NCBI GenBank assembly: GCA_000004985.1
Contig: GG738918.1
Source: Naegleria gruberi
Taxonomy: Eukaryota
Direction: 5' to 3' (one strand)
Length of the DNA: 64,000 nucleotides
Each line of letters begins with the position of its first letter. Within the stretch, counting starts at the first letter, position 1. The notes beneath the pieces were generated by a model. The model saw nothing but the letters and a program-made list of their open reading frames with translations. It did not search any database and had not been told where the DNA came from. A program made the translations under genes and the position numbers. Positions 9,746 through 19,297 of the stretch are shown piece after piece.

Positions 9746-11440
9746 TTGACAAATTACTTCGATATTTATCATGTGATCTATATCTTAGCTAGCTGTATCT
9801 CTCACAGGATATCATCTCTCGACCCGTCAATGTCCATTAGTATCATTAGAAAAAAAAACGAATCTTATATCATGAACGAAACCTTTCTCTACAACAATAC
9901 AGCCTTCTCTTCATGTCCCAGTTGGTTTCCTTATCACCTCGTCGACCCATCCACTCTATCTAATAACAATACACTCGATATGGAATGTCCTGATACAATT
10001 CTCGTTCCAATAACAAGTGGAATTTTATATGGATCTTATTTAATATTATTTTTAATTTGTTTAATTTTTCTAATTTGGAAGAGGAAGGCATCTACTATCA
10101 AGGCCAGATCGCCCGTCATTTTATCTTTTGGATTAGTTGCAAATTTTACCTTAGTTTCCCTAGCATTAATTCGGTGCATTGTTGGAAAAACTGATTTTCC
10201 ATGTTTTTTATTTTCGATATTTTACTTTATTTTAGGACCGTGTTTTGTGGTGCCGTCAATTATTAGAGGAATTGAACTGATTATTCAATATAAGGTCAAT
10301 TTATTGAGAGCTAAGAGTATTTCTAGATGTAATCTTTCGAATAATTATTCGACACAGGTGCAGGATGTTAAGAGTGATGTTGTGAGTGAGAAGACTGAAA
10401 CTCAATCAGAATGTGGAACTTCATATAAGGAAACTAGATCAGTACGAGTATTGACAACTTTGAATAGAATACTGCAGAGTGCTATATTTCATTTGTGTTT
10501 TACTTTATTCTTGTTGATATTTCATTTGGGCATTTGGTTATGTTCTGGGTTGATTGAAGATGGTTTCTATTCGAAACACAGATTTTTCATGACTAATGCC
10601 AGTATTTTGAGTGTTGGAGGATGTTATTCATCTACTGGAAGTTCGATTGCCATGGCTGTGTTTGTTGGATTATATTTTATCATTGACTTGATAATTAATA
10701 TTATATGTTTGACAATTGACAATGACACATTCAACATCAAGATTGGAAATCTAGGCATGACAGTAGTAAGAATACTATGTGGTATATTTTACCTTGTATT
10801 TTCACAAGTTCCAGTTTTAAGATCTACTGGCAGAATCATTCCTTCTATTTATGTATTTATCCTAAACTGTATTGTTGAACTAATTGTCACAATTCTCATT
10901 CCATCCATTAAAGATTGTATAGATAAGATGAAATACCAATCAAAATACAACCAATCAGAAATTGAATGTGTTTTAAATGACCAAAAACTTTTCAATATTT
11001 TAATTGATTTTTCAAGAAGAAGTTACAGCCCTGAAAGTGTTTTATTTTACAAAGATATTCAACATTACAAACAATTGGTGGCAAAGCTTGAAATGATGGA
11101 AAATGGAGCTTTTCAACATGTTGAGTCAATTAAGAATTTACGTGTGAAAATTACACGTTTCGTTCAGAATATTGTTCATGTTTATTTATGTGAAGGAAGT
11201 GTTAATGAATTGAATATTCCTAATTTGAAAATGAAGAAATTGGAATTGACCAACAAGATTGCTGCATGTATAGAATTTGAATCTAATAGATTTACCAGGG
11301 ATTTATTCGATTCAATCTTGGTAGAATCAATGCTCACTCTGATGGAAGTGTATCATCGATTGAAACAACAAAACCCCACCATACGACAATTCTCCCTACA
11401 TTGGAAAAATGATCAAGACAAGCTCAACAATTCACTGTAA
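9746..11440 (+). CDS. Seven-transmembrane receptor with a C-terminal RGS domain (7TM-RGS, AtRGS1-like architecture).
   Basis: Seven hydrophobic segments follow an N-terminal Cys-containing ectodomain (CPSWFPYHL..LDMECPDTILVPI). The C-terminal RGS domain reads SVLFYKDIQHYKQ..VYLCEGSVNELNIPNLK..LFDSILVESMLTLMEVYHRL. The likely true start is MNETF at about 9872. Confidence 0.7.
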   Translation: MTNYFDIYHVIYILASCISHRISSLDPSMSISIIRKKNESYIMNETFLYNNTAFSSCPSWFPYHLVDPSTLSNNNTLDMECPDTILVPITSGILYGSYLILFLICLIFLIWKRKASTIKARSPVILSFGLVANFTLVSLALIRCIVGKTDFPCFLFSIFYFILGPCFVVPSIIRGIELIIQYKVNLLRAKSISRCNLSNNYSTQVQDVKSDVVSEKTETQSECGTSYKETRSVRVLTTLNRILQSAIFHLCFTLFLLIFHLGIWLCSGLIEDGFYSKHRFFMTNASILSVGGCYSSTGSSIAMAVFVGLYFIIDLIINIICLTIDNDTFNIKIGNLGMTVVRILCGIFYLVFSQVPVLRSTGRIIPSIYVFILNCIVELIVTILIPSIKDCIDKMKYQSKYNQSEIECVLNDQKLFNILIDFSRRSYSPESVLFYKDIQHYKQLVAKLEMMENGAFQHVESIKNLRVKITRFVQNIVHVYLCEGSVNELNIPNLKMKKLELTNKIAACIEFESNRFTRDLFDSILVESMLTLMEVYHRLKQQNPTIRQFSLHWKNDQDKLNNSL

Positions 11441-11591
11441 TTAAGCGTAACAGGATTCGAAGAGATTGGAAACAAAAAACCTTGTTAAAAAAAGTAAAAA
11501 AAACCCTTAAATACTAACCATTCTCTAAGGAGCAAATTGAAGTTGTAAAGGAAGAAGTTATATTTGACAACATTTTCCAATTTCTTGATCC

Positions 11592-11686
11592 GAATCTAAT
11601 TGAACCGTGCAAGAAATCTAGCCATGACCGACAGCGAATTTTATAAAAAGATACTGGTTGAGATTCAAGACGGTTCAATTAGATTC
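11592..11686. repeat. 17-bp perfect inverted repeat (GAATCTAATTGAACCGT / ACGGTTCAATTAGATTC) with a 61-nt spacer. It lies in the convergent intergenic region between the RGS gene and vps11.
   Basis: I compared the two strands directly: 11592-11608 against 11670-11686. Confidence 0.8.
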
Positions 11687-11826
11687 AAGTCGTGCGATAG
11701 AAAAAGAAATTTTGGAATAGTTAAAGTTGAGGAAGAAGATGATTGTTCTCCACAACACAAAAAGACTAAATTGTGAGGGATATCAAGTTGAATGAAGATA
11801 TCTCATCCAAATAATAATTTAATAAT

Positions 11827-14800
11827 TTATTCTAAAAGTCTTCTTCTTCTATCGATATCATCATCCTCATCATCACTTGTAAAATTGCTAACATCATCCT
11901 CATCTTCCTCTTCATCCTCATCAGCTATTGCTGGTATTGACACTTCCTCAATATCTGCCAATAATTTAGCTTTAGTGAAAACTGTACCAATACCACGTCC
12001 AAAATATTCACAAACCAGAGAATAACCATCCAACTTCTTGGTATTAAGTTGCTTAAAGAAGGATTCGTGTTGTTCACTCGACTCTTCGAATTTTCTCTTT
12101 CTTTGGAGAATATCTCTGTGCTTATCAGAACAAACTCTACATTCACCTTCATTACCAACAAGGAGACATCTTTGATGGTATGAGTGATTACACATGAAAT
12201 GTACAGCAGGCAAGTCCAATTGAGCATTACAGAAAGTACAAGTGGTAGCTTGGAAAGTTTTGGCACTGGTTTGTAAATCGTAAATTTCCTTTCTCATTTG
12301 AGCAGTTTCAGTTTGGAATTCCTTGATCTTTTCTACATCTTCTCTTATCATTTCTTGTTCTTTTTGAATTTTAGAAATCAGATAGTCCTTTACAGAATAG
12401 AGTTTGGTCTTTTCATTCTTACCAAGAATTTGAACAACCAGTAATGGAGGTAAAATTTCATCCTTTTCAATCTTTTCTAATACAATAGCTAATTCTTCTT
12501 CAACATTATCATCCAATGTGGCAAAATATGTGAGAACTTGAACCCACAAATTTGGATCCTTGTCACCATATTGATTAACAGAGGCGATTACATTCTTGTA
12601 ATCACGTTGCTCCATATAATATTGGATAATATAATAGTGAAGACCCAAAGTATCATAAATCTTGAGTACACCTTCTTTAAAGTTTTGTGATTGGACAAGA
12701 ACAAGAACGTGCTCCTTATCATAGTTAGATTGTGGATGGTCGAGTGTATAAAGCAATCTATCTTTAAAGCTCAAATTGGCAATATCTGTGCTTGGTGGCT
12801 GAATTTCATATCTATCAGAAATGCCTTGAGTTTGCTCAAGTTCTGGTCTTTTCTTAGAATCAGTATCCAAATATTTAAGATAAAGTTCAATGAGCGTATT
12901 GTACACAACCTTGGAATGTGATGTATCTGGTCGAAGAGTTCTCCAAATAACATTTTCCAAAAATATCATTAACCAGTATTGATCCTTACTTGGGAAGCAA
13001 TGAATATATGACTCTGGTTTTGGTTTAGCATGTTCAATGTGTTGATTATTATACATATCTTCATATCCGGTAGTTTTAACAATTTGAGATTCAAGATTAG
13101 CAGATGATTGTTTCAAACCTAGAAGTACATTCAGAATACCCCCTTCTTTCTTCTTTTCTGCTTGGTTGCTTGAATCATTGGAGTTTGGTATAATTCTAAG
13201 CTTGTAATTATCAATGATTCTCTTTTGAGTTAACTTGATATCACTATCCAAAACTCTATTTGTTTCAGCAGGGTGAATTGGGAAATATTCTGTACACAAT
13301 CTTATGAGAGCGTTAGTAGTCTCTTTTGGTAAATGTGAAATGAGTGTTTTACCATAGGTTTTCAGATAACTTTCAGCTTCAGGTAAGGCAAGAGATTCAA
13401 TATATTTGAGCGCTCTTCTAAAGTTCTCTTTAGAATCAACCTTCTCGCCATTATCCTTGTCCAAATTATCTGTATCAAAGTCCTCCAAGTGAATCTTAAT
13501 GTACCAATCGTGTTGTTTGTGTTTCATGGCCAAAATGAGGGCATGTTCCTTGTAGCCGGCTTTTCTACAAACTCTAATAGCTGTCTCTACATCGTACATA
13601 AGCTTATCTTGCATACTGATAAACTTGTCGAGTTTTTCCTTTCTTTCATCCTTCAATTTGGTGTAACAGTTTAACAAGAGGGTTGTGTGATCAGAGGTGG
13701 CAAGACGTTTTTCGTGAAGGGTTTCAAGATATTCTGTAAGGTTACGAATTCTGTTTGCATCCAAGAATTTTCTGATAACATAGGATGGTTCCAATCTACC
13801 AATAGTTCTACAAAATTGTTTCATAGCTCCATCATAATCTTTCTTTGAATACAAGTGATCACCATATTGTTTTGAAATTTCAAACAAGTAATTACTGTCA
13901 AGTTGTTCACTATCAACTAAACTGATGGCAATCGAATAAAAGTTCTTTTGTAAAAGCAATTCCAACTTGGATTGGGTATCTTTTTCTTCCAAAAGGAACA
14001 TTTGTTGTTCAGATTTGTTTTCATCAATATTCGACAATAAAAAGACATTACCCCATTCTTGAAGAATATGTGTAATGTGTAATTTGTCACTCGAATATCT
14101 AAAGGCAATATACTTGTTTTTCAAATCATAAATAGTAATAACTTGTTGAGATTTGCTACTGGTTGTGTTAATATCTGAACTAATAACAATTAAATAATTT
14201 CTGAACCAATGTGACAAGATCTTTTTACCTTCAAAAGCAAAACAAGATCCTTTTCCTTCAGGTTTAAAGAACCAAACAGCAGATTTAGAAGAAACCACAA
14301 AATCTCCATCATTACTCAAAGTACTACATCCAACTTCACATCCAATAGTGTCATCTAAAATTACTTTTGATTGTTCAAGTGCTCTTTGTGATGTACTGCT
14401 ATTAGTATTAATAGAATATTTAAAAACTTGAGTAAGTGAACAACAGAATAAAGTATAATCATTAGGTGAATTACCATATCTCTTAAATCCTAATCCTGTT
14501 ATTCTCTCATTTGGAGCACCATCCAATAAAAACACTTTGTGTGATGACTTTCCTCCTTGTTTTGTAAAATCACCTTCAAATATAATAATTTTACCATTTC
14601 CTAAACCAAGTGCAATACAATTAAAATCTTGATTTGCTTCAAAACAACACACCGGATAAGGTTCCATATCTTTGATCTGACTAAATATCTTGATATCTCT
14701 TACTAATTGATATTGACCAAAACTTGTGTGACCTTCCTTTGTGTGTTCTTTATACTTGTCAAGAGAATAAATTTTCAATACATCCTGATAGGCTTCTCCA

Positions 14801-15126
14801 CCATCATCACCAACAACAACTAAACAATTAGATTTAGCAATATGTTTGATGTGATTAACTCTTGCTTCAAAGGCTTTACATTGACGTGTATTTAAATTTT
14901 TATCCATAACATGAAAAGTACCACGATTATCTCCGAATATAATATTACTTCTTCCGCTAGTACAACAAGTTACATTGGTCTGAGAGAAAAATTTTGATGA
15001 TTTCTCATCACTCACTGTATGCTTGTCAAAGAAGTTGAATTTCTTCCACATTTTTTTTTGATGAAAAGATTTTTTAGTTTTTAAAAATTGATGATCCCGA
15101 ATAGAATATGCAATTCTGTCGTTCAT
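11827..15126 (-). CDS. vps11: Vacuolar protein sorting 11 (HOPS/CORVET core subunit), with an N-terminal beta-propeller, an alpha-solenoid and a C-terminal RING-H2.
   Basis: CFAFEGKKILSHWFRNYLIVIS and GDHLYSKKDYDGAMKQFCRTIGRLEPSYVIRKFLDANRIRNLTEYLETLH are nearly identical to human VPS11. The C-terminal RING reads CTFCNAQLDLPAVHFMCNHSYHQRCL. The homologous start is probably MWKKFNFFDK (ATG at 15053). Confidence 0.9.
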   Translation of the reverse strand: MNDRIAYSIRDHQFLKTKKSFHQKKMWKKFNFFDKHTVSDEKSSKFFSQTNVTCCTSGRSNIIFGDNRGTFHVMDKNLNTRQCKAFEARVNHIKHIAKSNCLVVVGDDGGEAYQDVLKIYSLDKYKEHTKEGHTSFGQYQLVRDIKIFSQIKDMEPYPVCCFEANQDFNCIALGLGNGKIIIFEGDFTKQGGKSSHKVFLLDGAPNERITGLGFKRYGNSPNDYTLFCCSLTQVFKYSINTNSSTSQRALEQSKVILDDTIGCEVGCSTLSNDGDFVVSSKSAVWFFKPEGKGSCFAFEGKKILSHWFRNYLIVISSDINTTSSKSQQVITIYDLKNKYIAFRYSSDKLHITHILQEWGNVFLLSNIDENKSEQQMFLLEEKDTQSKLELLLQKNFYSIAISLVDSEQLDSNYLFEISKQYGDHLYSKKDYDGAMKQFCRTIGRLEPSYVIRKFLDANRIRNLTEYLETLHEKRLATSDHTTLLLNCYTKLKDERKEKLDKFISMQDKLMYDVETAIRVCRKAGYKEHALILAMKHKQHDWYIKIHLEDFDTDNLDKDNGEKVDSKENFRRALKYIESLALPEAESYLKTYGKTLISHLPKETTNALIRLCTEYFPIHPAETNRVLDSDIKLTQKRIIDNYKLRIIPNSNDSSNQAEKKKEGGILNVLLGLKQSSANLESQIVKTTGYEDMYNNQHIEHAKPKPESYIHCFPSKDQYWLMIFLENVIWRTLRPDTSHSKVVYNTLIELYLKYLDTDSKKRPELEQTQGISDRYEIQPPSTDIANLSFKDRLLYTLDHPQSNYDKEHVLVLVQSQNFKEGVLKIYDTLGLHYYIIQYYMEQRDYKNVIASVNQYGDKDPNLWVQVLTYFATLDDNVEEELAIVLEKIEKDEILPPLLVVQILGKNEKTKLYSVKDYLISKIQKEQEMIREDVEKIKEFQTETAQMRKEIYDLQTSAKTFQATTCTFCNAQLDLPAVHFMCNHSYHQRCLLVGNEGECRVCSDKHRDILQRKRKFEESSEQHESFFKQLNTKKLDGYSLVCEYFGRGIGTVFTKAKLLADIEEVSIPAIADEDEEEDEDDVSNFTSDDEDDDIDRRRRLLE

Positions 15127-15205
15127 GAAACTGTGATGATTAGTAATGGATTAACAAAATGTTTAAAGTCAAGCTATTGAGAATGCAAAGATGACAGTGA
15201 AGGGT

Positions 15206-17741
15206 TTATTTTGCATCTATTTTTCGTTTGGATTTTCGAAGTAAATTGCTAACAATTTTACATGGAGTGATGAGCGATAATCTTTCACAAATGTCATACA
15301 TGGCTCTGTAATTGTTTTGAAACATGTAATCTTGAGCCAGTTCCAAATCTTTAGAAACTTTGATTTGTAAATCAGTTGCATCAGTTCTTGCACTTTCTAA
15401 ACTGTATATTCTTGTTGGTGTTTCTTTTCCCTTTAGTAAAATGTAATCAGCAAAATAGCAAACAAATTCATTCTTCACATGTTGATAGGTATTCTCACTG
15501 ATTAGAATATTGGAACCATAATATCTATTCAAAGATTGAAGCTTGGATCCAATATTAACATCATCTCCAATAGCTGTGAAATTCAATCGATTCTCACTTC
15601 CCATACTGCCATACATCATATTTCCACTGCTGACACTAACGTAAATTGAGAGATCAATATCAATTTGTCTTTCATTCCTCCACATTATATTTAATTCATC
15701 GATAATCTCCAAAGCTTCCATTGCAGCTTTGCAAGCTCTCACTTCATGCTCCTCAACTGGCATTGACGAATCATTCCAAACAGCTTGTAATCTATCTCCA
15801 TTTATCATATCAATTAATCCTCTATGATCTTCCATTGCCTTTGTTAAACTTCCAAAATAATCAGTCATCACAGATACAAATATTGATGTTTCAGTTAACT
15901 CTGCCAATTGAGTAAAATCCTTAATACTAGAAACAAGAATTGTCATATTTTGAAGTGTCAATCCAACATCTAAATAATGTTCGTCACTAATCACTTTTTT
16001 CATTATTGTAGGTGAAACAAATTTAGAAAATGCTGAAACTCCTCTCTTTAGAGAATTAATTCCATTCTCCATCTCTCCAATATCATAGAATATTTGACCA
16101 GCAGTTGTGATTTTGGTATTATCACTTTCGCTCGCAAGACTCTTATCACTCAATATCTTGGAGAGTTTCTTGTGAACATGATTTAAGGGTTGTGTGAAAA
16201 GTTGAACAATTACAAAAAGACACAACGTTCCAGCAACGAGAATAACAATGAATACCACTACAGATGTCATACCACTTGAGAGAATTTCTGCAAATATATC
16301 TGCATCTACTGATCCAATAACCAATGCCAAACTCAATCCATATGGATCAACTACTGGAGTTATCACAACATTCTTTCCACGATATTTCAAACTGATTGGT
16401 ACGTTAGAGGTAATGTTTTTCAGTAACTCCTTATCTTGTATATAATTAGCAATTTCAAAAATTTCACCATCTCCAGTATGGACAGTGAACTTGGTTGTGT
16501 TATATCTACTTGAGGCAATAACATTTCCATTCGTTTCCATGATGAAACTATAGCTAATGAAATTGTAAGATCTTGAAGTAGAATTCAGGAAGGAATTCAA
16601 TCCTTTCAGTGCAAACACCTCAGCAACAGCTCCAAATAAATGATCCTTATGTTTAAAATTCGTTATGCTTATATCAATAGAATCAATGCTCTTTCCTGTC
16701 TTACAAGCTTGTGTGATATTCTCTTTTACATAGATAGGATAAGCAATACTAATGGATGGCTCACCAATAGTTGAAATGTAAAGCTCAGTCCATCTCTGCC
16801 CAGTTGCTAATCCTTCCTTGAAAGGATAGTACCACGGTCTTAAATGTAAATCAAAGGCTACTCTCATTTAATATACTCAATTAGTATTGGGAATACTTAC
16901 TAAAAGGCTCAACAAACAAAAAGAGGTTGTCTTTGAGTGGATTCTCAAATGGATTTTCTGAAATATGGTAATAGTACATCGCAGTTCCTGTTCCATTTAT
17001 CAGTAGAACATATGGTGTAGAAATATCCAGTGTTCCAGCATAATTCCTCAAATAATTTCCGTATTGAATTGTTGTGAGTGGTGATTTGTGAATATAGACT
17101 GATCTGAGATATTTGAGAAAAATTGCCCACTCGGTAATATTTTTCAATGGAAATCCATTCTCTACTTCCATTTTTACCTGTTGGATTATCAGATTTGAAG
17201 TGTTGATGATTTTTCCAATTTCAAATGTTACATAACTTTGAGTTTGTTGAGCTTGAAATCTCGAAACTCGCAAAAGAACACTATTTCCAGACGTGTACAT
17301 TAGTATGAAAGAAGGAATCAATCCAATGAGTCCCTGAATAATGAAGAGAACCAACAGGACATGACTAATTCTCAATCCTCTCGAACAATTATACATTCTT
17401 GGTTTTTTGTTTTCTTGTGTTTCTGGCATGTGACGTAAATGTTCTTCCCCATGACGTGACTCCTCGAATGTGAAAACAGTATTTCTCCTTCCATAGATTG
17501 GATCTGGTTTGGTGGTTGGATGAATAATGGATGAGGTGGTACTGTTACCATGGGAAGGTCTTCTATGCAGAGGGGGTGGTGTGTTTCTTTCGACATGTAT
17601 TGTTCTCTCAAATGGATCTTCATCAACAATTTCGATGGGTGTAGATGTTTTCGACTCCTCAATTGTGATTTCCTCTTGAATTGATGATGAGGGAGGTACC
17701 TTCCTAGAAACCAAAAGATCCTCACTATTGTTTGGAATCAT
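15206..17741 (-). CDS. Receptor-type class III adenylyl/guanylyl cyclase, organised as cytosolic N-terminus, TM, extracellular Cache-like sensor domain (RPWYY motif), TM and a single cyclase catalytic domain. It spans two ORF-track ORFs joined by a 40-nt intron (16861-16900).
   Basis: The cyclase domain reads LVSSIKDFTQLAE...INGDRLQAVW...NFTAIGDDVNIGSKLQS, with both metal-binding Asp residues present. The extracellular region reads LHLRPWYYPFKEG, a Cache signature. Two TM helices are present. The minus-strand intron GTAAGTATTCCC...AATGAGAG fuses ...LFVEPF to (I)AFDLHLRPWYY in frame. Confidence 0.7.
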
Positions 17742-17931
17742 TTTTTGTTAGTCGGTTAGTGGGATTAATAAACTTAATTGGATGCAAGCACCGGCTAGTT
17801 CAGTTTTGGTAAATTGCTAAAAAAGACTTAAATCCCTATCCAACTCTTAGAATGGCAAGTAGATGTTGTTTCAATATAAAAATTGATTGTTTTTAATGGT
17901 TGTTACTTGCTGATTGGAAAATCTTAATAAT

Positions 17932-19191
17932 TTAATAGAGTCCATGTGTAGTTAATAGATTTCTTAAACGAGAACACATTTTGAAAGCATTGGTGAGATG
18001 ATCCAAACCAGATGAGAAACTGGCAACAGTAATTTTTGAAATATACTCCTCACTAAAATATCCAATTTCATTATCTTCAGTGATAAAATGTCTATGTCGA
18101 GAGTCGCTACTTAAATTTGAGTTCTTTAGTTGTGTTACAGAGGATGTAGCAATAGAAGTATAACTCAAACCATAAACTCCTACATGAAGTTGAGCATTTG
18201 TAATTGAAAATTCAATTAATGTTTCCTTAGGTAAACGAGGATGGAATGATTGTTGAAGAAGTTCAATATTAGCTTTTTCGGATATTGAGCTTGATAGTCT
18301 ATATTCATCAGTCAAAAATCTCAATCCACCATATGTTGTCAATTGTTCTCTTCCTTGTTGCACCAATATCATTACACGTTCCAAAATTGTTAAAATAGTA
18401 GTGACATCTCGTTCAATTTTAGATGTTGTTTTCGATAAATATGTACTGTTCATAAGATCAACTTCATCATCTCCTTCCAACACAATATTTGAATTTTCAG
18501 AATATTTCTCAATGTCAATGTTTTTCATCTTATTTAAAGCATAATCAGCCATGTGGTGAGCCCTTTGAATTTGGCTTAAAGTATACGGATCATTTGGTCT
18601 GATTTCGGCTTCACATGATTGTTTCATTTTGTGAAGCTTAAAATTAATTTTACCTCCCAAGATACGATATCCGTCCACTAGTAAATATCCTTTTAAAATA
18701 GCGTGATTTTGGTCATTAATATGTAATTGTATACGTTCGGCATTGTTTTTTGCTCTAAAACTATTAGTAGCATTAAATTTAGTTGGGGTAGCGGGTATTC
18801 CTGGTGTTGAAGGTGTTTGAGGTTCGTCTTTTGGATTATCTTGTTGTTGATCCGATGATGAGGCTATTGTACTTGTTGGTTGTTGATTATTATTATTGGA
18901 ATTATTATTACTATTATTTTCCATAGATTGAAGGTGTTTAACTTCACCTCCTAAAAGACCAACAGCTTGTTGAATTTCATTGATAATTTTACTCCATTGT
19001 TGTGGAACAATATCGTAGAGAAGGTGTCGAAGCTCCTTCATCATTGTTTCTTGTTCTAAAGAAGCGATCTCCTCCTCTTTCATGTTCTTTACATCTTTCA
19101 ACATACTATTCGATGTTGTTGAAGATGTGTTGATATTACTCGTGTTGATACTAATATTGTTGCTTCCCGTCGATGGCGATGATGACCACAT
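17932..19191 (-). CDS. rogdi: Rogdi/Rav2-like protein (RAVE/rabconnectin-associated).
   Basis: It is collinear with human ROGDI: LRHLLYDIV is like EEFRWLLHDEV, IQRAHHMADYAL like IQDARNHVSQAIYLL, and ILERVMILVQQGREQLTT like LMDAVMLQLTRARNRLTT. There is a poly-N/S low-complexity insert. Confidence 0.5.
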   Translation of the reverse strand: MWSSSPSTGSNNISINTSNINTSSTTSNSMLKDVKNMKEEEIASLEQETMMKELRHLLYDIVPQQWSKIINEIQQAVGLLGGEVKHLQSMENNSNNNSNNNNQQPTSTIASSSDQQQDNPKDEPQTPSTPGIPATPTKFNATNSFRAKNNAERIQLHINDQNHAILKGYLLVDGYRILGGKINFKLHKMKQSCEAEIRPNDPYTLSQIQRAHHMADYALNKMKNIDIEKYSENSNIVLEGDDEVDLMNSTYLSKTTSKIERDVTTILTILERVMILVQQGREQLTTYGGLRFLTDEYRLSSSISEKANIELLQQSFHPRLPKETLIEFSITNAQLHVGVYGLSYTSIATSSVTQLKNSNLSSDSRHRHFITEDNEIGYFSEEYISKITVASFSSGLDHLTNAFKMCSRLRNLLTTHGLY

Positions 19192-19297
19192 CTTGGGTAT
19201 TTTTATTTTAATTTAAAATTAAAATTTCCAAGTCCGAATTTGGTTCTGATGATAGACAACCAACACAACAGCAAGATTTTAAAATTCTATTAGATAT

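Noticed and set aside
11279-11300. tRNA-like GGATTTATTCGATTCAATC T-arm-like string
   Set aside because: It is inside the RGS-domain coding sequence and no cloverleaf partner arms are present. I found no convincing tRNA gene in any intergenic region that I scanned by eye. The scan was not exhaustive.
11925-12266. 113-aa minus-strand ORF and 77-aa plus-strand ORF at the vps11 3' end
   Set aside because: They are alternative-frame or antisense ORFs overlapping the conserved vps11 RING region.
16867-16881. Treating the stop at 16881 as a gene boundary between two separate membrane proteins
   Set aside because: A canonical 40-nt GTAAGT...AG intron restores one continuous Cache-TM-cyclase protein. 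The Cache RPWY motif would otherwise be split from its N-terminal half. A sequencing frameshift remains an alternative explanation for the break, but it leads to the same single-gene conclusion.
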